Shown piece after piece: positions 55,561 through 64,000 of a stretch of DNA of 64,000 nucleotides. Both the position numbers and the translations under genes were made by a program. How positions within the stretch are numbered: the first letter of the stretch is position 1; the number at the start of each line of letters is the position of its first letter. Origin of the DNA: Glaucostegus cemiculus. Its lineage: Eukaryota. The stretch spans positions 6,138,001 through 6,202,000 of the forward strand of contig CDPCPM010000019.1 in assembly GCA_976551045.1 (NCBI GenBank), in the 5' to 3' direction. The notes below the pieces were generated by a model. That model was not told the DNA's origin, did no database searches, and was given only the letters and a program-made list of their open reading frames with translations.

Positions 55561-56461
55561 ATCTCTGTAATAACATCTGTAATATGCCATTTAGATTGAA
55601 GCTCCAAAAAAGTAACCGCTGCACCCATGGCTTTTTCTATTAGCATTTAATTAATGTTAAACTTTCTTGTCTTGGAATATATGCAAGGTTTATTTATTAA
55701 ATAACCATATTACACACATTTCTGTAGCCAAATTGTATATTATATAAATGGGACTAATTGGTTTTCTTTGAGGAAGTCTATACTTGTTGTGAAAAACGGA
55801 AACCAACTTCACCCAGCTGAATACTGCTTGTAGTGTTTTCAAGCTAAAATGGCCATGCACAACTGTTCATGCTCATTCAGACACCTAAGCACTGTGCAGG
55901 GAGATTTGTAAAAGGTAGCTGATTTGTCATAAGCATTATAGTGTTGGAACTCACTTGCCTTTATGGAACCAGGGCAATCTGTGGGTAGGTAAATTTTACC
56001 ACCCCTTATTCATCAATAAATTGAATTTAAATAAATGTTGCTGTGTGCTGAAGAAGATGAAGTAGAGAATTATAAAATAGGCTCTATTAACACCTGAAAC
56101 TAAAGCAAAAGCAGCGGTAGTCTTGTCAGATCAAAAATTTCCACCCACAGCTGTTAGCAGTATTGAACTGCTTCAAATAGTTGAAATACTAGTTCTGGGC
56201 ACATTTGGACAGCCAATGATATCTAGGGAAGTGAGAAGAGCTTCAGGGAAGAGAGAAGAACTTCAAGAGAGCTTGCAGGAGCTGAGGAAAGAAAATATTA
56301 GCATTTTGAACTGGAAAGGACTGTTTTCACTGGGGGAAAAGGAGTGAAGGAAGAGCATAACTGCACAAAGAGCAAAGGGTAGTTTCCTGATTGCCATTGG
56401 GAGATTGCTGCAGCAGTCTTGTAAACAACTTATCTCAGTTATCAACAGTATTGATAGCCAC

Positions 56462-56975
56462 TGAAATGCAAAAATTGTAGATGCTGTAAACCTGAAATAA
56501 ACAGCAAAAGCAAGAAAAACCCAGCAGGTCAGGCAGCATATGTCGAGAGAAACAGTTAATGTTTCAAGCCAATGACATCAGAAATGGAAATATTTAGGAA
56601 ACAGATGTGCTAAACTGAAGAGGAGGAGGAGGGATGGAGGCAACTAAGGGAATGTCTGGGAGAGCGTGAAGACTAAGGAAAGGCAAATGACCCAGACTCA
56701 TGTCAACTAGAAGAGAGGGTGCAAAAAGTTTGTTAATGACACCCAATCTGCCAGGAGGAAGGAAGCAATAGAAAGGGAGAATAACCTGCTTGACCTGTGA
56801 GATACAGAACATGGCAGTTGCTGAAAACCTAAAATAAAGGAGAATGCTGGGAGAGCCCAGGAGGGCAGTCAGCATCTGAAGAGAGGAAAACTGAGTTGCA
56901 TCAGAACTGCTCGCAGACTGAAAGGCAGAAAAAAACTGCAGATGCTGGAAATCAGAATCAAAATAGCAATGTCTC
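56462..56975. mobile_element. Three partial tandem copies of a Penelope-like terminal repeat
   Basis: The unit gatgctg(g/t)aaa...cagcaggtcaggcagcat...gagaga-aacagtt...catcagaa recurs at ~56466, ~56810 and ~56930. Confidence 0.7.
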
Positions 56976-59900
56976 TGAGGAATTGAGGAAAACCTCCGCA
57001 ATGGCCATAGCTGGTGGTTGAAATACTCTTTTGCATGTCCTATTCATAACTATGAACATGCCTCTCTGCATCACTTTCTGGTTATATTGTTGACAGAACT
57101 ATAATGCTATGGGGATAAATGTAACAAAGTGTATTACTGCATTTGAAATTTAATGTGATTTCTACCTGTGTACTACCATAGGGGAATATTTCAGACTCCA
57201 GGAGCTCTGCATTGGTTTAATTTTCTGCTAGACATCAAAGATTAACATTTAAAAAGTGTCATTAAGACGTGGGTTATAGCTTTAAGAAATAAATGAGGGT
57301 CATATTGTTGAAACCTTCATTTAAGAATAGTTACTTAAAAGGTTAAATAGAATTAAATAGCAAGTGTTCACATTAAACTAGTTGGAAGAACAGAGGTCAT
57401 AAAATGGCAATTTTCACTCATTCAGAAATTTAGTGTAGTTAAATAAGCAACAATAAATGGACTTTTTCAAATTGAAATTTTACCTTGGAATGAAGATATG
57501 TTCATTTCATGTTGTGATGCCTATGAATGACATAGCAAAGAAAATCAAATTAGGAAAGATAAAGTTTGAAATCTACATACTGCCTTTTTCCTAATAATCG
57601 TTTTTCAATTGAATAGTGCTTTTGGGTTAATATTGCTGTAGTTCAATGTGTGAAAACATTTGTAGGACTAGCAAATCATTTTCACACTTTGAATGCTAAA
57701 ATACTGTCACTCAGCTTATTTAGCACACTGGTATCAATACACTAAAATAAAATACAGCTAAGCTGATGCAATACTTGTGTGATACTATTAACTCATCACC
57801 TTAAATTGCTCCCACCATTGGTGAAAAACTGTGACCACAAGTACTTCACTCCACTGTTATGCAGTAAAAGGTGTTCTCCAGAGGTGGCCAAAGTTAAGAA
57901 AGACAAACTAGAGATGTGTAATAGTGCTGGGTGCTTTTCACAGTTCAGGTGGGTACAGTACAAAATCTATCAAACCTAGGATTACATTTACAAAAGACAC
58001 GAGTCTACTGAAATTAGATGATGTTCTGTTATGATCTATCTATAATCTATCTTGGATCAAATTTTTATTCTTTTTTTTAATTTATACTTATATAATGTTT
58101 TTTAAATGGGTAAATGGAGGATTAAAAATATCCATATTTTCTATGTGGATTCTCTAAGGTAGAGATTTGTATAAGTCTCTTCATTAAAATCTCTAGCTTT
58201 GCCAAAATGCAGTAAGGAATAGGTGAGGCTAATAACAGTTCTAAAATATGAAGGAAATTACTGTCACATTTGTTGCAGGAGGTAACATTTAAGTATGCAG
58301 ATCAGATCAATTCTATACCAACTCCCTAAAGGGCTGATTACGATGTAATAATTGGGTATGATAGGAAGAGGAAGGCGACAATTCCATTTAATTGAGAACA
58401 ATTTATTTTACTTAAAGTAAGTGTATCCCATCTGAATAAATGTAAAAATTAGCAAACAGAGGAATTAATAGTTAATGGCAATGCAGCTGATACAACTAAG
58501 GAAATAAAGTCCCTCATTGATTCATGTGTTTTAGTCTGCTATTTTTATTTTCCTTGTTAAGTAGAATGCAGTATTAAGCCATACATTTCATAAAAGTCTA
58601 AGGGTTAGTCGCTGGATTGTGTTGAGTCAGCTAATGTCATGACAGCAGTAAGACCACTTTAACTTGTTTCAATACCTTAAAAAAAACTGGTTAAAGTTCC
58701 TGATCCTATTCCTTTCTCACTGTCCTCTCTAGAAAACAGGCATGTGGAAATTGGTTGAAGGTTGAATCACAGCTAGTTGTGATATTCCCCATGTTTAGTC
58801 ATCTGCGACCATGGCAGAAATGGGAAATTGCCATTCGGTCAAGGTACTGGGTGTAGAAAAGGAAATGGAAAGAAAATCAGAAAAAGGCATCCCTTTTAGA
58901 TCATGTATGTTTCGCACAACATAAAACTGGATGGTTTGCCATGAAGTGTACTGTTTTTGGGCACGGTGCATAGGATAGAAGATATTGCTACATTTTCTTC
59001 AAGTTTTGCAGTCCCTGTAAAATGTATATGCAAGTAATTTTCTTTATAGTTTGAGGTTTCTGTAAAAAAAAAGGAAATAACCTGTAATTCTGCAATGTAT
59101 TTCACAATATCTGCTCCTCCTAAAGTATTTCTCATTCACTGAAGCCAAATTGTGCTCAGTATAGTCGCACAAATGACAATGAGGGAAGTGATCCAATAAC
59201 CTTCTCATGGAATCAGAATAGAACGCTGAATCAGTACACAATAGAATGCTGAATATTGAAACAAGTTCTGATACGAAGGCAAGGGTCATTCAAGTTTCAA
59301 GGCAGTGCCTCTGTCTGAGGACTGAGTTATGAAAGAAAACTGGACCTCTTAACGAGACTATTAGAGATATCCTTTATTAGTATTAAAAAAATAAATCAAT
59401 AATTAGTGTGGATTCCAGGTTTGGTAGTTTGGATAAATACCTGGAATCTCTTAAATACATTTGAATCTTGCAGTTTGTGGGGATACAAAGGCATCTGTCT
59501 ACAAGAATACTCTGAATAGATTTGGATGGCCTTTTGCCATGTATGAAACTCAAACTGGTTGGACTGTTTCTTTGATCTTCTTCTCTAACTATAACTAAAA
59601 TGGTGGCACCCTGATGCAAATGTTTGATCAGTTACTAAATGAAATTAATGGAGATGTGTTTAACTTCTGTGTCTCACCATGTGCAATGTAAACCCGGTCT
59701 CCCACTGAATATCCTCTACATTGAAACCCTCAAGTGACAGCACTTCAGAGTTGTCTAATAGGTAGTTAATTAAACTATTTCTCATAAGAGAAAAAGAAAA
59801 GCCAAGAGCAGAAGGGGCCATTTAACCCATAGCATACTAACTTCACACTGTAATGTTCAGTTGCATTTTTGACTGAGCTGTGGGGAGAGGGCCAGGAAAT

Positions 59901-60364
59901 GAGTCCAACCGGATTGCTTTTGCATTACACTTGCAAAGAATTGATGGACCAAATAGCCTCTATTTGTGATCTTGTGCAAAGAGACTGTGATTTCCTTTGA
60001 TGTTTTCAACTAACATAAGTTTGTTAATTTATACCTTGTTAGGGGCTTTATTTGAGCCACAGTGGTTTTTACTGCAGTTTAAAATTTTATCAGGATTTTT
60101 CCTCCTCAACACATTTCTGACTTGTGGAGCTTTTTCACCATTTCAATGTATCACAGTTACCCTTCCCAAAAACGTATATCTTTGTGTACTCCTAGACTCT
60201 GATTGTGTAGGCAGTTGCAGGAAGCTGTGCACCAGTGCCCAGTGTGTTTCACTGATTTTATTTTTCATTGCTTCTTTATATTCCATTGGGGAAGTGGCCT
60301 CTGCTCATTGTTTCTCTCTGTGGACCAGACTAAGAATAGGAGCCTGCCACAAGAGGGAATGATG

Positions 60365-60414
60365 CAAACACATAATACCTAAAGCAATCCAAACACATAA
60401 TACCTAAAGCAATC
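60365..60414. repeat. Perfect 25-bp tandem duplication
   Basis: caaacacataatacctaaagcaatc occurs twice. Confidence 0.95.
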
Positions 60415-62332
60415 TCTCTCGTATATGTTTTTAATTTATATTAGTTTTAAATTCTCAGTACTAGTCTCTCAGAAAAATCTCAATATCAAAAAAGACTTTC
60501 CAATGAGTAAATCTTTTATTCAATATACAGGAAAATAGTGAAACTGCTCACATTTAGCATACTGTATAAACATCTAATAGTGCACCTCATTCTCACGACA
60601 TCTATTTATGAAGTTTGATTAATGCAAAGCATGAATCTGTACTGGATATCATAATGTTGGATTGTGTCCTTTTATTATACAGCTTAAGGTATGTTCTTCT
60701 ATTTCAGCATTCCTAATGCAAAGCCTTGTTCACTGGGAATACATATCAGGAATTGGATGTGAACTCACCCAATCTCTACTATAATTCTCACCCTTTACAG
60801 TGTAATGGGAGCACATACTAAGTCCAGGTATATGCCCCCATTGCATAAATCTATGCAACAAATGTTGAAGACAAAACATATCCCTTACTATACAAAAGCT
60901 ACTGAACTAATGTAAGGCATTAGACTATATTTTATCAGTAAAATTGATGGATACAGTGAATTCGATGTGATTTCACAATTCTGATAATAACCCTCCATCT
61001 TGGTTGTAGTTCAGAGTCATGGACAAGTTGTGCTGCATTTATAAAAGTATTGTATTTCCAAAAAATGATGAGTTGAAACAGCTAATAAATAGATGTCAGC
61101 ACTGCTTCCTTTAGCAGAAGCTGCATTGCCAAATTTGACGAAAAAGTTTAATTAGAGTCACCAAATGCTAGATTTAAATGAATGACAATAAATTAAAAGA
61201 CAAGATATTCATGTGCATTAACTGCATCAGGGTTTAGTTGGGACACACTGAACGGTACATAACACCTGAGTTAAATTTAAAAAACAAATCTGGTTTAAAA
61301 TATTAATGTTTTTGATTATGGTACAAATTTCCTGGCAGAATGGTGAGAATTTTTGACCCTGTAATTATATAATTCTATTTGTGTGATGTCTTTCACTCTT
61401 CTTATGCAGTGTTACAATTTAATTTTCCTTATTGAAAGCCCAAAGTCGGAGGCGATGTTTTGTTGTTTATACTTATCCCCGATGGACTCACTGGATCATG
61501 GGATTAATGTCAGTCTTGATCTTCCCTGTCAAATCTCCCAACACCGTCATGAGCCTGATTCCAGCAATAACGTGGACCATATATGTTCCCTGCTGTCTTT
61601 TTTTCTCCTCTGCAGCTTTGTATCTGAAAAGTTCATTCTTCCCTTTGCTATTGATTTTATTTTTGAAAATTCACAAAAATCGATGTTTGAATTAGCTCTT
61701 ATTTTTCGTTCTTTTTTTTAATTTATCTTGTGCATTGTTTTTACTCTTTGGTGACAGATGGCTGTACTCTTGCAAGCCCAGTAATTTCAGTGCTATTGTG
61801 TAGATGTTCCTGATTCCCAGTATTCGTCACTGGGGAATGCTTCTCATTCATTGAAGCTCATGCCCATGACGGTGTTTGATTCTTACAAAATCTTGAGGTG
61901 TTGAAGAAGAGACAGCAGAGCAAAATAGAATAGGTGAAGAGACAAAAGCAGAAAAGGAAACAAGAGGAAGAAGCAAAAGAATACGAGGACAATTTACTTG
62001 AAGAGATGAGGATGTAAAATCTGAGAGAGGAAAGGGAGAAAATTCAGAAATGGTTACGTAAAGAAGAGGTGAAAGAAATGAATGGAATGGTGAGTAATAT
62101 GTGAATAGCGTATGTGTGAGAAGGGATTAAGGAATGTTCTGTATGGAAGATGCTCACAAACATGAGGAGGTTGAGAAGGACTGGAAATAATTGAGAGTGT
62201 GAGAATACAGCCGTCATACACAGCCAATCCCCAATATGAAGCCTTCTCTCAGCTTTCTTTATTCTCTTTCCATTTACACTGAGCTCCTGATGAATGGATT
62301 CAAAATTCAAAATGCCATTTCAAATGCTGCTT

Positions 62333-62567
62333 TGTAGCAGCCCATGAAATGCGGCTTGGAAAAACTCGAGGACGCGGTGACTCGATCAAGCACGTTTTAT
62401 TAAACCACACAAAATACGTGCGCACACAGGACTACGAAAAATATGGCCGGCAGAAGTGATGTCGTACTCCCACCAGAAGTCCTGCCTTCCGACGCTATCA
62501 CGTGAACTCGCACATTTCCCGGCGGCGGCTGACGGTGTTTCGGCCACCGGTAGCGCGGGTCACTACA
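62333..62567 (-). mobile_element. Solo LTR (probably Gypsy-type), 235 bp
   Basis: TGTAG...CTACA termini, 4-bp TSD GCTT (62329-62332 and 62568-62571), minus-strand AATAAA at 62396-62401, CpG-rich. Confidence 0.85.
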
Positions 62568-62589
62568 GCTTCTCAATTTTGAACAGTTA

Positions 62590-62780
62590 TGAACTTGGAA
62601 TTCCACTAATTTGGTGAGACAACTTTGGGAAAGCCCTCTGCCCTCTTGGTTGCCTTTTATTGTTACAGAGCTTGGGGTAAAGGGTCAGTTTAAGGACTCT
62701 AGTGTTGGACATGCAAATGACGTGGCCTGCCCATCGGAGCTGGTTGGCTATAATTAACCTCAGTGCAGAGATGCTGAGCA
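62590..62780 (-). mobile_element. RTE LINE C-terminal fragment
   Basis: QLRWAGHVICM...LY...KRQPRGQR is a typical RTE C-terminal motif. Confidence 0.85.
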
Positions 62781-62799
62781 ACAAAAGGATCCAACTTCA

Positions 62800-64000
62800 C
62801 TGGAAATCCAGGAGCTGATTAACTATAACATGAGGCATTCTTGGATGAAAACATCAAGGGAAAATAAACTGCTCTGCGGGTCCTAAAGCTAAGGCTCAAG
62901 AGAAAACTGATGACCTAAGGGACAAATGGGTGGAAATAGAGCAGCATGCTCAGGAGTGTACTGGTAACCGTGACGTGTGCAGGCTCTTCAGTGCTGTCAA
63001 GACGATCCACAACCATAACACCTAAAGGCCCACCCACAGAGAGTGAAGAACAGAGGCAAACATTATCAAGGATAGAGCGGAAAAAAGTGCATGTTGGATG
63101 GAGTGCATGAAAGAACTCCTCAGCTATGATTGTGTCCTTAACTCAATCCCGCAGCAAATAGTCCAGCCTTTTATCCACACTTGACCAAAAAGTTGGAAAA
63201 ACCATGTGCCAGATGGTTGAATGCCAGAAATATCTGAGCAGAAAGTATCTCTGCTAAAGTTCTAAAACTTGGCAGAGAGAAATTTCAGTCCCAAAGTCAT
63301 AAGTTCTTCTCGTGATTGAGAACAGGAGGATATGCCAGGGGACCTCAGAGGCACTATTATTGTGACCAACTTAAAGAAAGGAGACAAATCCGATTGCAGT
63401 AAATACAGAGGGTCCTTTCTGCTGTCTGCCACAAGAAATATCATCAGTAAGGACCTCCTCAATCACCTCTACCCGATAGTCAAAAGATCTACTTTTCAAC
63501 ACACTATGGGATTCTTCTGTATAGAGGCATTGTGGACATGATCTTCACCACATAACAACTAAAAGAGAAATGCAGAGAGCAGCATTGACCACCAAATGTG
63601 GCTTTCTCTGATCTCCCAAAAACCTTTGTCTCCATTAATGGAGAGTGATTGTGTAGCAATTTTCTCAAATTTGGCTGCCCACAAAAGTTCTTTGCTTTCT
63701 GTCTGCTATGTGCTGATGCTGCACCTCAAGCTTCCCGCTGGACTGAAGTTGGCATGCAGAACAATTTGGAAACTGTCCAGCCTATGTTGCCACACAGCCT
63801 ATGTTGCTATGTTTCTACACCAGAACCCAAGGTCATTCCAGTTTCAGTCAGTGAGCTGCAACATGCAGATGAGACTTGGATATGTACAGGTTTGGAGACT
63901 GCAGCTACAAGTCACCATTGATTCATTTGCTTGAAGAACTTAAGAGAATAGGCTTTATACTCAATATACGTAACACAAAGGTTCTCCACCTGCCATGATG
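62800..64000 (+). mobile_element. Degraded RTE LINE RT region running off the window end
   Basis: PGDLRGTIIVT.LKKGDKSDCSKYRG.LLS, KFGCPQKF, SELQHADE and LNIRNTKVL motifs. Confidence 0.88.

Noticed and set aside
40958-60414. Short tandem duplications as CRISPR-like arrays
   Set aside because: Only two copies each, with no spacers and no cas genes, in eukaryotic context.
60825-60848. cag-gtatatgcccccattgcataa (VYAP...) resembling the start of the next TCF4 exon
   Set aside because: No pyrimidine tract, and a stop after six codons, so it is not VYAPSAS...

Overview
AT-rich, CpG-depleted vertebrate genomic DNA. Its repeat families (CR1, Rex1, RTE and L2 LINEs, V-SINEs, DeuSINEs, Penelope remnants) are typical of a cartilaginous fish, probably a ray or skate (inference). 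The only confidently coding sequence is a 69-nt exon at 30620-30688 (+), missed by the ORF track. It encodes MYCAYTIPGMGGNSLMYYYNGKA followed by a GTAAGT donor, the alternative first exon of the short TCF4 (E2-2) isoform TCF4-A. I did not find the flanking canonical exons, so the window is probably one large TCF4 intron holding this internal promoter in a CpG-enriched, TE-poor zone. Nearly all listed ORFs are decayed LINE pieces or chance ORFs. I found no CRISPR array, operon or clearly new biological system. The best leads are one V-SINE head carrying two different LINE tails, an inverted RTE with twin-priming geometry, a templated 52-bp insertion, back-to-back perfect hairpins, a young solo LTR and a possible second alternative first exon. 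Family names come from recalled consensus features, not searches. TE boundaries are approximate.
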